A stretch of DNA of 64,000 bases from a virus (lineage: Duplodnaviria > Caudoviricetes), in the IMG/VR virus record IMGVR_UViG_3300049740_002155. One strand, 5' to 3'. Both the position numbers and the translations under genes were made by a program. How positions within the stretch are numbered: the first letter of the stretch is position 1; each line of letters starts with the position of its first letter. Below are positions 1-9,254 of this stretch, piece by piece. The notes beneath the pieces were generated by a model. That model was not told the DNA's origin. It saw only the letters and a program-made list of their open reading frames with translations, and did no database searches.

Positions 1-18
1 TCAGTAAATAATCATTTC

Positions 19-210
19 GTGGATAGCAGTTATTCCTCGGAAGTTGCAAACTTTCTAAATGAACTTATCGTGGAAATGAAAGGTGAAAGGTATTTTAATG
101 ATACCGATATTATGACCGATTATTTTCATTGTTCTCATTATCTTGACATTGAAGTCGGTAATTGGGAAAAACCTTACATCTATAACCAAGAACTTGCTCA
201 AGCAGCTTAA
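19..210 (+). CDS. hypothetical protein (GTG start, may extend beyond window)
   Basis: 63-aa ORF leading a tightly packed + strand run. Confidence 0.5.
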   Translation: MDSSYSSEVANFLNELIVEMKGERYFNDTDIMTDYFHCSHYLDIEVGNWEKPYIYNQELAQAA

Positions 211-212
211 TT

Positions 213-446
213 ATGAAACTAACAAACTACAACGGAACGAAGGCAAGTGAAAAGGCCTGCAATATTCAAGAAAGCATCGATTTGATTCAAAATGAAACGA
301 TACCAAGATTACAAGAAAATTACTTTGATTTATCAGATGAAGAAAATGCCGAACGCATTACTAACCTGAAGAACTATCTTAAAAGATTGCAATATGATCT
401 CGGTGTTGAACTCGGCAACAATGATGCGTTTGAGAATGTTGAATGA
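213..446 (+). CDS. hypothetical protein
   Basis: 77-aa ORF, 2 nt after previous stop. Confidence 0.6.
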   Translation: MKLTNYNGTKASEKACNIQESIDLIQNETIPRLQENYFDLSDEENAERITNLKNYLKRLQYDLGVELGNNDAFENVE

Positions 447-449
447 TAT

Positions 450-749
450 ATGACACTTTACGATTACAATGTAGATAAACATCAAGTTTTTGATGGCAAC
501 CCCAATCATCTGATCGTAGATGCTTCCAAGATAGGTCTTCCACCAGGATTCTTTCCAAATTGGATAAGTACAAATGATATTGGTAACGGAAATCCGTTTT
601 ATTCAGATAAAATAATTCGTGAAATGGTCGGACAAACCGATAGTGAAATTGAAGATATTATGTACGGAGATGTTGAGTGTTATGTGTACAAGCAAAATGG
701 TGGTGGCACCGTATTACTTGTAGTAAATGATTCATATAATGCAAAATAA
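450..749 (+). CDS. hypothetical protein
   Basis: 99-aa ORF, tight packing. Confidence 0.6.
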   Translation: MTLYDYNVDKHQVFDGNPNHLIVDASKIGLPPGFFPNWISTNDIGNGNPFYSDKIIREMVGQTDSEIEDIMYGDVECYVYKQNGGGTVLLVVNDSYNAK

Positions 750-814
750 TGCTTGACTTTTTATAATAATCGTGCTTTAGTAATAATTGAGAGTAAAAAA
801 GTAAAAAGAGAAAA
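744..814 (+). promoter_or_regulatory. repeated promoter/leader cassette (copy with degenerate -10)
   Basis: AAAATAATGC-TTGACT(753-758)-TTTTATAATAAT core shared with 1558, 18303, 19142; GAGAG leader box. Confidence 0.6.
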
Positions 815-1558
815 ATGAAATTAAACGAACTTAAAAATAAATTAAAAATCATCTCAAATAAGGGATATATACCAACACTTAGAAACGGAGATACCGGTGT
901 TGGGCAAACACTTGAGCAAGAACTTGGTCTAACTGAAAATAATGACTCTGCACCTGACTTGGGAAGTTTGGGGGAATTGAAGGCAAGACGATCAAAACAA
1001 AATTCCTTAATATCTCTTGTTTCAATTAATAGGTGCATTGAGTGGGGAAGTCGTTGTGGATGCCTATATGATGCAATTACATATTTTGGAAAGGAACGAA
1101 CAGACGGAGAATTTGTTTTAAATTTGTCGTTAAACTTTAAAGGTAAAACTGAAATTGTAAATGAAGAAAGAGGTTTTACTGCGAAAATTTGGGGAAATAA
1201 AATAAGATTCTATGGCACAGAACAATGGATGCCTTCTGGATACTTTTTTAGTATAAACTTGAATAAAGCATATGAATTGTACGAAAACAAGTTTGGAAGT
1301 GGGTTAATTTCAGTTAATGCGGATACAATGGGAACTGGAGTTCACGAAAAATTTCATTACAAAAGTGCATATAGATATTCTTTTTTGAATCTTCAAAGAC
1401 TTGTAAATTTAGTAAAAAGTGGAATAATTAAGATTGATTTCAGATGTCGTACACAAAATGGTGGGTACGGAGTTCGTGATCGTGGTACGGTGCTTAGAAT
1501 TCATCCAAAGGATGTCGGTTGCTTATACAATCACACAGAAAATCTATTATCTGCATAA
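815..1558 (+). CDS. MvaI/BcnI-family PD-(D/E)XK restriction endonuclease-like protein
   Basis: GDTGVGQTLEQELGLTENN..APDLGSLGELKARR signature typical of this family. Confidence 0.8.
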   Translation: MKLNELKNKLKIISNKGYIPTLRNGDTGVGQTLEQELGLTENNDSAPDLGSLGELKARRSKQNSLISLVSINRCIEWGSRCGCLYDAITYFGKERTDGEFVLNLSLNFKGKTEIVNEERGFTAKIWGNKIRFYGTEQWMPSGYFFSINLNKAYELYENKFGSGLISVNADTMGTGVHEKFHYKSAYRYSFLNLQRLVNLVKSGIIKIDFRCRTQNGGYGVRDRGTVLRIHPKDVGCLYNHTENLLSA

Positions 1559-1633
1559 AAATAATGCTTGACTTTTTATAATAATTGTGATAGATTACTT
1601 GTATTGAGAGTGAGAAAAGAGAAAGATACAAAA
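1558..1633 (+). promoter_or_regulatory. sigma70-type promoter plus leader cassette
   Basis: TTGACT 1568-1573, 17-nt spacer, TGn-TAGATT 1591-1596; near-identical to 19142-19208. Confidence 0.8.
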
Positions 1634-2017
1634 ATGACATTAGAATTAGTAGAAACACGCAAAGCATATGTAGTTCAATTTTGGGGAACGAGAACGCACG
1701 TTACGTCTCCTATTTTCAAAAGCAAGCAAGCAGCTGCCAACTATGTAGTTCGTGAAGGTTATAGGGTAGTTGAAGATTTGCAACTTCTTGAAATTGATTT
1801 GGACAAAATTGCCAATAATGAAAATGCGGTAGTTGAACAATATCACATTAGTACTGCAAAGGTGGGGTTTCGTATGAGTGAAGGTGATGATCCTCACGAA
1901 TTTGTGTTTGATTCAATCAGTCAATCAGAACGTCAAAAGAATTCATTGTATTCTTTGAATGCTTTTAGTATTCCTTTTCCGATGATTGCTAAGTTGACTA
2001 ATATGGCAAATGTCTAA
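1634..2017 (+). CDS. hypothetical protein
   Basis: ATG at 1634 after the cassette; the ORF-track start at 1568 lies inside the -35 box. Confidence 0.6.
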   Translation: MTLELVETRKAYVVQFWGTRTHVTSPIFKSKQAAANYVVREGYRVVEDLQLLEIDLDKIANNENAVVEQYHISTAKVGFRMSEGDDPHEFVFDSISQSERQKNSLYSLNAFSIPFPMIAKLTNMANV

Positions 2018-2348
2018 TAAACTTTACAAAGCAACTTTTAAGGGGGTTCGCAAAACTGCGAAATCTCCTTTATACAGCAACAAAAATGCTTGTTTACGGT
2101 GGGTCGCAAATAATTCACATCGTGTGCTTGGAGAGTTGTTGGTATACGAACTTGATTCAGAAAAAGCAAAACAATCCGATGATCGTGTAGCAAGTGCATA
2201 CGAGTACCCTGAATTAAGACTTGATGATGAACAAACAATTTCGGTGGAAAATTTATTGAATGCAGAAAAATTTGCATTTGATTTAGGAAGAACCACATTA
2301 TTCGGAATATTAAATTTAACGGAAGAACTTAAACTTGGTATTGCATAA
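2010..2348 (+). CDS. hypothetical protein
   Basis: 112-aa ORF overlapping previous stop. Confidence 0.6.
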   Translation: MSNKLYKATFKGVRKTAKSPLYSNKNACLRWVANNSHRVLGELLVYELDSEKAKQSDDRVASAYEYPELRLDDEQTISVENLLNAEKFAFDLGRTTLFGILNLTEELKLGIA

Positions 2349-2375
2349 TTAATCCAAATTTGTAATAATAATAAT

Positions 2376-2594
2376 ATGACAAAAGTAACAATGATTGATC
2401 CCGATGGAGGGTGGAAATATGGATTTCCAAAGATGCTACCAAACGAACTTGAAGGTAAGGATGTTACCGAGTGGTTAATTGAAAAAGGTTATCCACGTGA
2501 GGTGATTGACAAATGGAAACAATCTGACTTGGGATATCTACCTTGCAGATACTGGGAAACGGAGATAATAAATGTCACACAAGAAAACAAGTAA
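2376..2594 (+). CDS. hypothetical phage protein
   Basis: 72 aa, IDPDGGWKYGFPK motif resembling small phage proteins. Confidence 0.6.
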   Translation: MTKVTMIDPDGGWKYGFPKMLPNELEGKDVTEWLIEKGYPREVIDKWKQSDLGYLPCRYWETEIINVTQENK

Positions 2595-2737
2595 TTTTCA
2601 CCAGATACTTCGTAATTTGACAATCGAGTTGCGAAAAGGTGACCAAATTACGATTTGGCACGATGGATACCAAGTTTGTTTTAAAAATGTAGGAACAAGT
2701 AATTTCAAAATAGTAAAAAATCAAGATAATAATAAAA

Positions 2738-3907
2738 ATGCAAGCACTAACTACTCTATATAAATTAGATACAACTGGTAAAATCCGTCAATGGACGGTC
2801 AAGGTAAAGGACAATTCGTTTTGGACTGAGCAAGGTCAAGTGGATGGTAAGATTGTAATTAACAAACCTACAATTACCACTCCCAAGAACGAAGGACGTG
2901 CTAATGCTACAACTGCTGAAGAGCAAGCAATACTTGAAGCAAAAGCAAAATATACCAAGTATCTTGATAAAGGATATGTAGAAAACATTGAAGATGTTGA
3001 TAAAATCACTTTGTATAATCCTATGCTTGCTCAGAAGTTTGAAGACCGTGTAGATGGTCTTACGTTTCCTTTATACACTCAACCCAAGTTGGATGGAGTT
3101 CGTTGTATTGTGTATATGCAAGACGGAGAATTGGTTGCTAAGTCTCGTCAAGGAAAACCTATTGATACCGTTGTTCATATTCTTGAAGAATTGAAACCTT
3201 TTTTTGAGCAAAGTCCAAATGCAGTTCTTGATGGAGAACTTTACAATCACGATTACAAAAACGACTTTAACAAAATCATTTCACTTGTCCGCAAAATGAA
3301 ACCGGTTCGTAGTGAAAAAGATACCGACAAAACATTCGCAAAGAAACAGGAAAAGTTTGCGATTGCTCTTGAAGAAGCAAAATCTAAAATTCAGTATTGG
3401 ATTTATGATGTTCCACGTGATGGTAATCTAACAGAAGCAGATGATTTTCATCCTCGTTTTTTTGGTGTGGAAATTCCAGAAACGAATTCGTGTGTAATTG
3501 TTAAAACCGGCATCGTTAATGATATGAAACAACTTGATGAATATTATGACACTTACATGGAGTTTGGATACGAAGGACAAATCGTTCGTATAAATGGTCC
3601 TTACGAAAACAAACGAAGCAAACTTCTTCTTAAACGAAAAGACTTTACAGATGCTGAATATCTTGTTATTGGCATCAACGAAGGAGATGGTAATCGCACC
3701 GGTACTGCAAAAAACCTTGTATGCAAAGATGAAGCAACTGGTAAAATCTTTAATAGCAACATCAAGGGAACGCACGAATATCTTGCGGAAATTCTTGTGA
3801 ATAAAGAAAATTATATCGGAAAGCAAGCAACCATCAAGTTCTTTGAGTTAACACCTGATGGTATTCCACGTTTTCCTTATGCTATCGCATTTCGTGATTA
3901 CGAATAA
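2738..3907 (+). CDS. ATP-dependent DNA ligase (phage type)
   Basis: motif I QPKLDGVR, LDGELY, motif IV EGQIVR, motif V LLKRKD, C-terminal GIPRFP. Confidence 0.95.
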   Translation: MQALTTLYKLDTTGKIRQWTVKVKDNSFWTEQGQVDGKIVINKPTITTPKNEGRANATTAEEQAILEAKAKYTKYLDKGYVENIEDVDKITLYNPMLAQKFEDRVDGLTFPLYTQPKLDGVRCIVYMQDGELVAKSRQGKPIDTVVHILEELKPFFEQSPNAVLDGELYNHDYKNDFNKIISLVRKMKPVRSEKDTDKTFAKKQEKFAIALEEAKSKIQYWIYDVPRDGNLTEADDFHPRFFGVEIPETNSCVIVKTGIVNDMKQLDEYYDTYMEFGYEGQIVRINGPYENKRSKLLLKRKDFTDAEYLVIGINEGDGNRTGTAKNLVCKDEATGKIFNSNIKGTHEYLAEILVNKENYIGKQATIKFFELTPDGIPRFPYAIAFRDYE

Positions 3908-3910
3908 TCC

Positions 3911-3939
3911 TTGACAATACAATACTAAAATTATATTAT
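3911..3939 (+). promoter_or_regulatory. sigma70-type promoter, ATG 7 nt after -10
   Basis: TTGACA-17-TATTAT. Confidence 0.75.
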
Positions 3940-3946
3940 ATAAATT

Positions 3947-4183
3947 ATGATTATACAAAGTGAAACAATAATGTCGGTTGTAAGTTCTCTTGAGAAAATC
4001 GCAGATCAATCTGATGATGTCGCAAGTAGATTTCTTGCAAATGCTCTTAAAACTGCATCTGAGGAGAATCGTACTGAACTTCTATATTCAGAGAAAAACG
4101 AGTATGAGGTGTTATCAGAACGTGCTGACGCATTAAAAGGAGCAGTTACAGAAATCAAATCACAATTACAAGATAATGAGTGA
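3947..4183 (+). CDS. hypothetical protein
   Basis: 78-aa ORF directly after promoter. Confidence 0.6.
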   Translation: MIIQSETIMSVVSSLEKIADQSDDVASRFLANALKTASEENRTELLYSEKNEYEVLSERADALKGAVTEIKSQLQDNE

Positions 4184-4409
4184 AGAATTTCAAAAGTGTC
4201 CTGTTGTTCAAGAAACAATTTTGCGAGTAGCAGCCGATCCGTATTCAGAGAATGTTACTCATGGTGGGTTGCATCCAAGTTCTTTGGCAAAAATTGTAGA
4301 AAATGTTTTTTGGTCTGGTGACAAAAACTTTAATAGTGTTACTCTTGAAATAAAAAAAGAGTTGGATGATCATCATATATCAGTAAAAGTAGTAGAACGA
4401 GGTCACTAA
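4176..4409 (+). CDS. hypothetical protein
   Basis: 77 aa, overlaps previous stop. Confidence 0.6.
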   Translation: MSEEFQKCPVVQETILRVAADPYSENVTHGGLHPSSLAKIVENVFWSGDKNFNSVTLEIKKELDDHHISVKVVERGH

Positions 4410-4410
4410 T

Positions 4411-4439
4411 TTGACAATAACGATAGGTTGTGGTATAAT
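4411..4439 (+). promoter_or_regulatory. consensus sigma70 promoter with extended -10
   Basis: TTGACA-17-(TGG)TATAAT; ATG 5 nt downstream. Confidence 0.85.
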
Positions 4440-4444
4440 ACAGT

Positions 4445-4720
4445 ATGAGCAATAAAAAAAGATATAGTGAAACTCCTATTCACGAATATCGTATTAAATA
4501 TTTGACGAAAGGAGCAACTGTACCTAATTATCACTATTATATGTGTGAAGATGCAGAACAGGCACTTGCATTTCAATTAGAAATGGCAAAACACAAAAAG
4601 TGGGAATTTGAAATTCTTAAAATAGAAAAATTTTTTAAATACGCAGATAAATGGGTAGATGAAAGTGATGTAATCACAGATGACAATAAATACATAACAA
4701 AGGATATGCATAATGAGTAA
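4445..4720 (+). CDS. hypothetical protein
   Basis: 91-aa ORF. Confidence 0.6.
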   Translation: MSNKKRYSETPIHEYRIKYLTKGATVPNYHYYMCEDAEQALAFQLEMAKHKKWEFEILKIEKFFKYADKWVDESDVITDDNKYITKDMHNE

Positions 4721-5012
4721 CTTATACGAAATTCCAATTCAAAAAGATGAAGAAACAGACGAATGTTTTTTTGAATTACCTGATGCTTTGCTAAATAATC
4801 TTGGGTGGAAACCTGGTGACGATTTAAAGTGGGAAGAAACAAATGAAGGAGTTCGTCTTAGAAAAGTAAAATATCAAACGGTTGAACTTGAACTTGACGA
4901 AGAAGATTATGTAAAGTATTTAAAGTATGCTCACGAAAACAATATGAGTTTCAATGAGTTGGCAGAAAACGCAGTAAAAGAAGCAATGGAGAAAAAAAAT
5001 GGAACAACTTGA
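4713..5012 (+). CDS. AbrB/MazE-like putative DNA-binding protein
   Basis: FELPDALLNNLGWKPGDDLKW resembles the AbrB swapped hairpin; C-terminal helical extension. Confidence 0.5.
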   Translation: MSNLYEIPIQKDEETDECFFELPDALLNNLGWKPGDDLKWEETNEGVRLRKVKYQTVELELDEEDYVKYLKYAHENNMSFNELAENAVKEAMEKKNGTT

Positions 5013-5220
5013 AGCAGATATGTCAGATACTTACAATATCTTCAATGAACTTGAAACAATATTGTACAAGGTAGGAGATGCTCCAACACAACCTACCGAA
5101 GATCAACTAATGAATATGCTCATCGGAGTAATTGATTTGCACAAAGTTCGTTACGAAAAAATGTGGGCATCTTGGAACGAATTTCAAAAACAAAATACCA
5201 AAGTTGATATTACGATATGA
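4999..5220 (+). CDS. hypothetical protein
   Basis: 73 aa, overlapping packing. Confidence 0.55.
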   Translation: MEQLEADMSDTYNIFNELETILYKVGDAPTQPTEDQLMNMLIGVIDLHKVRYEKMWASWNEFQKQNTKVDITI

Positions 5221-5420
5221 GTAAAAAACCTTCGTATGAAGAATTCACAAAAGATTGGTCTATCAGCCAGAAAATTAAATTTTATTACGAGGTTGATATA
5301 GATAATTTTGATGGAGATATAAATGAAGTCATACGACATATATCTCATGAGGTTACTCGCATTCAACAATTTGAATCAGAATTTAAACAATACCTAATAG
5401 AAAAAGAATACATACAATGA
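5217..5420 (+). CDS. hypothetical protein
   Basis: 67 aa, ATGA coupling. Confidence 0.55.
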   Translation: MSKKPSYEEFTKDWSISQKIKFYYEVDIDNFDGDINEVIRHISHEVTRIQQFESEFKQYLIEKEYIQ

Positions 5421-5578
5421 GCGAAATAACAACTGGAGAAGAAGTAACAATTAAACTAAGTCACTATACCGATGAATTTGGTGGAACGCAATATGATTGG
5501 GATGCAATCATTGAAGAAGCAGAGCAACAAATAAAAGAAACCACAGGTCGTGATGTCGGTGTGTGGATGAGTGAGTAA
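5417..5578 (+). CDS. hypothetical protein (53 aa, not in ORF track)
   Basis: MSEITTGEEV...VWMSE; overlaps both neighbours' start/stop codons. Confidence 0.6.
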   Translation: MSEITTGEEVTIKLSHYTDEFGGTQYDWDAIIEEAEQQIKETTGRDVGVWMSE

Positions 5579-5835
5579 TGAGTGAACAAATAACAGAAAG
5601 TGTATATTTTGATCGTGGGTACAATAAAGGATTTGTATCTGGTTTAAAAAGAGCATTTGAGTTGGTTGACCAACTTGGTGATTTTTATGAAAATGGAGTG
5701 GGTATATCAGAAAATGCAACAGATGAAGAAAAACTATTTCACGAAAATTCAAGAAAGAGTCAAGTGAATGCGTGTCGTTATGCCCAACACCTCATTCGCA
5801 AAAATTCATTTGGAGAAGAAGATTTACCTTGGTGA
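5578..5835 (+). CDS. hypothetical protein
   Basis: 85 aa, TAATG coupling. Confidence 0.6.
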   Translation: MSEQITESVYFDRGYNKGFVSGLKRAFELVDQLGDFYENGVGISENATDEEKLFHENSRKSQVNACRYAQHLIRKNSFGEEDLPW

Positions 5836-5837
5836 TT

Positions 5838-6068
5838 ATGAATACAATTAAAGAAAAATATAAAACTACATTAAATCATCGTCTTGAGTGTATTCAAGAA
5901 GATTTGGCAGTATTAGTGGATTTCATTGAAAAGCAAAATCTAACAGAAGCATTCAAAAAAAGCACAGAGTTTGCTGAAGAAGCATGGCATCATATCAGTA
6001 ACATTGAAATTGCGTGTGATTTGAAAGATGATGCTCCTAACGAATGGAGTTGTGCTTCTTGTAAATGA
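5838..6068 (+). CDS. hypothetical protein
   Basis: ATG 2 nt after previous stop (MNTIKEKY...). Confidence 0.55.
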   Translation: MNTIKEKYKTTLNHRLECIQEDLAVLVDFIEKQNLTEAFKKSTEFAEEAWHHISNIEIACDLKDDAPNEWSCASCK

Positions 6069-6223
6069 ATAAATTAGTTTCAATATTTGCGTGTATTTTA
6101 ATTTACGGATTGGGATTTTTACACGGCAATAGTTCAGATAGTAAACTAGTTGGTTATATCGTGTGTGGTATCATTGGTTATTTTGTTGGTACTGCAATTT
6201 ATCAATATTTTAAAAGAAGTTAA
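6065..6223 (+). CDS. small membrane protein (52 aa, not in ORF track)
   Basis: MNKLVSIFACILIYGLGFL...VGYIVCGIIGYFVGTAIY, two hydrophobic segments. Confidence 0.6.
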   Translation: MNKLVSIFACILIYGLGFLHGNSSDSKLVGYIVCGIIGYFVGTAIYQYFKRS

Positions 6224-6225
6224 TT

Positions 6226-6486
6226 ATGAAAATTAAACTTGGAGTGCGTGGAAATTCCGATGCCGTAAAAGGGATTATCATAAAAATGGATGATCTTATG
6301 CTTGTTACTGCTGATAATATATTTTTTATTGGTGAGGAAAGTCGTAATAAGATGGGAAAGAACATTGTTGCTTTGCTTGATTCTTTGAGCAAAGAGCATG
6401 AAATAGAAATCGGAGAAAAGGTAGTACCTATGATAGAATCCGAATTAAACTTAAAAGAAGGAACATTTAACAAATATCGTAAATGA
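6226..6486 (+). CDS. hypothetical protein
   Basis: 86-aa ORF. Confidence 0.55.
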   Translation: MKIKLGVRGNSDAVKGIIIKMDDLMLVTADNIFFIGEESRNKMGKNIVALLDSLSKEHEIEIGEKVVPMIESELNLKEGTFNKYRK

Positions 6487-6498
6487 TAATAACTTCTT

Positions 6499-7026
6499 AT
6501 GAAGAATAAAAAAGAAATAGGATTTTTATATGGCAATCTACTTGATTTTCCATATGGAATAAATACGATAGCACATTGTTGCAATACTATGAATGTGATG
6601 GGTGCAGGTATTGCAAAATCAATTGCAGAAAGATACCCACAAGCAAAAGAAGCAGATGATGAATGTGCAAAAATTGGACAAAATGAATTAGGAGAAAGAA
6701 GTTTTGCGGAAGTTGAAATAGAAGATGCAAATACATTTCCACATCAGGAGTTCGGAAAAAATACACGCAAATGTAAAATCTATAATTTGTACACTCAGGA
6801 TGGTATAGGTTTTGGTCGTGAAGTAAATTATGAAGCATTGTATCGTAATCTGCATTTAATGCGAAATGCATTAAACAATGATCCTAATTGTGTTCTTGGT
6901 TTACCGTATCAAATGAGTAGTGGACTTGCAGGAGGAAGTTGGGAAATTGTAAATGCCATGATCAACACAATATTTGCATCTGATGCAACTTATTTTAAAA
7001 CTTATATAGTAAAATACGAACCATAA
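6499..7026 (+). CDS. macrodomain (ADP-ribose-processing) protein
   Basis: IAHCCN..NVMGAGIAKSI and GLPYQMSSGLAGGSW macrodomain motifs. Confidence 0.85.
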   Translation: MKNKKEIGFLYGNLLDFPYGINTIAHCCNTMNVMGAGIAKSIAERYPQAKEADDECAKIGQNELGERSFAEVEIEDANTFPHQEFGKNTRKCKIYNLYTQDGIGFGREVNYEALYRNLHLMRNALNNDPNCVLGLPYQMSSGLAGGSWEIVNAMINTIFASDATYFKTYIVKYEP

Positions 7027-7052
7027 GTTGATTTGCTAAATATATATATTTT

Positions 7053-7649
7053 ATGAAATTAAGTACACTTAAATCTATTGTTAAAGAGGAAGTTAAAAAT
7101 CTTCTTACAAGCAAACCAAAAATGTCAAAGCATCTTGAGTATCACATGGAAAATCACTCAACATTAGTTGAAGGGGTATTTCGTTATGGTTCTGACTCTT
7201 ATATTGATTTGTTTGAAGAAGCAAGAACTCTTCACGGAAAAAATAAAATTCAGTTAAGTGAGGTAGATCAGCATTTGATTGAGAATACAGATATTGGTAA
7301 ATGGGGTGAATATAATGAAATGCGTGTTCCATTGGATTGTCCGTTTCAAATTCATGAATCAGAATATCAAGGAAAAGATGTTGAACTCAACAAACCAAAA
7401 CGTGGTGGAAAAAAGAAGTTTTATGTTTATGTAAAAGACCCAAGTAGTGGAAACATCAAGAAAGTATCATTTGGTGATACCACGGGATTAAGTGTAAAGT
7501 TCAAAGATCCTGAAAAACGCAAAGCATTTGCTGATCGTCATAATTGTTCTACCAAGAAAGATAGAACCAAAGCAGGATATTGGTCTTGTAATCTTCCTCG
7601 TTATGCAAAGCAACTTGGAATGGGTGATAACCAAAATACCTATTGGTAA
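7053..7649 (+). CDS. two-module hypothetical protein with MKLSTLK..VKEE leader
   Basis: C-terminal KKFYVYVKD..IKKVSFGD..RHNC..KAGYWSC module recalled from large tailed phages. Confidence 0.6.
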   Translation: MKLSTLKSIVKEEVKNLLTSKPKMSKHLEYHMENHSTLVEGVFRYGSDSYIDLFEEARTLHGKNKIQLSEVDQHLIENTDIGKWGEYNEMRVPLDCPFQIHESEYQGKDVELNKPKRGGKKKFYVYVKDPSSGNIKKVSFGDTTGLSVKFKDPEKRKAFADRHNCSTKKDRTKAGYWSCNLPRYAKQLGMGDNQNTYW

Positions 7650-8174
7650 ATGAAACTTGGTAGTTTAGTTTCCGAAATACAATTAGAAAGCAAACTCGGT
7701 GATGAGTTTGCAGATATCGGTGACGAACTTGCACAAGAATTAAAAGACGAACTTGAAAACCAAGATGAATTAAACGAGGTGGTAATGAGCATCGTTGCTT
7801 ATGTAATGTTAAGCAACGGAATAATGGGACTTACAAGTAAACTCGTTAAAAGAATTAGCAAGAAATATAATTTTGGTAAGGGTCAAGTAGCCGCAGAGAA
7901 AATAGAAGCATTTGCAAAAGCAAACGATGATCGTTTTATGTATCCAATTCGTAAAGCAGTTTCATTGTTTACCAAAGATGAAAAGAAAATAAAAAAGGTC
8001 ACTCATATTCTATTTGCGATTGCTGTGCTAAGTATGGCATTAAACGCAGGTATGGAAGTATTTGATTTAATTAAAAATTCTGACTTTATGCAAAGTTCAG
8101 TTAACTCGTTGAGAACGGCTGTGGGTGGTACAAAAGTACACGCACTCGTTAGAACAATAGCAAAATTATTGTGA
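7650..8174 (+). CDS. hypothetical protein with hydrophobic segments
   Basis: 174 aa, MKLGSLVSEIQLE start. Confidence 0.55.
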   Translation: MKLGSLVSEIQLESKLGDEFADIGDELAQELKDELENQDELNEVVMSIVAYVMLSNGIMGLTSKLVKRISKKYNFGKGQVAAEKIEAFAKANDDRFMYPIRKAVSLFTKDEKKIKKVTHILFAIAVLSMALNAGMEVFDLIKNSDFMQSSVNSLRTAVGGTKVHALVRTIAKLL

Positions 8175-8434
8175 ACCCATACACTGAGCAAAAAATTTGG
8201 CACAACACTTATCTTCGCACTTTTTCTGCGGATACACCTGAAACCGATTTAATATGGCATCTTGATCGTGAGGACCGTGTTATAGAAGCAACTCATTATA
8301 CTGATTGGAAGTTTCAGTTTGATGATGAATTGCCGGTGTCTTTGAACAATTTAATTACTATCCCAAAAAATACATTCCATAGAATCATCAAAGGAACTGA
8401 TGATTGTACAATTAGAATTACGAAGTATGAATAA
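8171..8434 (+). CDS. cupin-like small protein
   Basis: WHLDREDR...ITIPKNTFHRIIKG pattern. Confidence 0.5.
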   Translation: MNPYTEQKIWHNTYLRTFSADTPETDLIWHLDREDRVIEATHYTDWKFQFDDELPVSLNNLITIPKNTFHRIIKGTDDCTIRITKYE

Positions 8435-9254
8435 AAAGTTAATTGAAATAAAAAACAAAATTACTGAGATGGTCAATAAAGGTGAACACGTAGATAAAGT
8501 AATTGAGAAAACAACTTTATATTTAAGCACGAAGGAAAAAATAGAACTAAAATTGCTATTTGAAGATGCCATGCGAACACATCGATTAAACGCAGAAAAT
8601 TGGACGCAAACAGATTTAATATTTCCATTAAGTGAGATATTGAAATCCAGATTGTTTGTATATCCAGAGTCAAGTGAACAATACTATGGATATGAACCAA
8701 GTCCACTTGAACAAAAAATACAAAGATGGAAAGAGTTGGAAAATGAAGAAGGTGGTTTGTACGCATTAATTTACAATGACATAGAAAAACGAAATAAAGC
8801 AATTTATGATTTAGCAGACAAAGTAGCAAGAAATAATCAATCCAATATTGACTTGGGAATTTTTATAAGTGAACTAGATAAGCATATTACAAGATACTCA
8901 AGTGATATAGATTTAATGTCAGGTTTACATCTTCGTTATAGTATTCCACAAAAAAATATATTAGTGTGGGATACTTTAACTTGTGCTGAAAATATAGGAG
9001 GAACAAATTCGCAAACTTTTGGTAGATACAAAATCTCTTGTAAGTTTCAATGGGAAATTCTCAATAGAACTCCTGAACCAGAGGTAGGTTATCTTCAAAT
9101 AGAAGAAAACGATGATGTCAAAAATTTAAGTGATTCGTTTAGTCCTATTTTTGTGGAAATGGTGGAAAACTTTTATGATCTTGATAAAAAATTAGATTTA
9201 CTATATAATATACTTAATGATATTAGACAAACAAACGATAGAGTCACAGACTGA
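8427..9254 (+). CDS. hypothetical protein
   Basis: 275-aa ORF overlapping both neighbours. Confidence 0.6.
   Translation: MNKKLIEIKNKITEMVNKGEHVDKVIEKTTLYLSTKEKIELKLLFEDAMRTHRLNAENWTQTDLIFPLSEILKSRLFVYPESSEQYYGYEPSPLEQKIQRWKELENEEGGLYALIYNDIEKRNKAIYDLADKVARNNQSNIDLGIFISELDKHITRYSSDIDLMSGLHLRYSIPQKNILVWDTLTCAENIGGTNSQTFGRYKISCKFQWEILNRTPEPEVGYLQIEENDDVKNLSDSFSPIFVEMVENFYDLDKKLDLLYNILNDIRQTNDRVTD

Noticed and set aside
1568-1633. N-terminal MTFYNN... extensions of ORFs 1568 and 19152 as a shared protein domain
   Set aside because: They are translations of the repeated promoter cassette (TTG of the -35 box); the real starts are 1634 and 19227.
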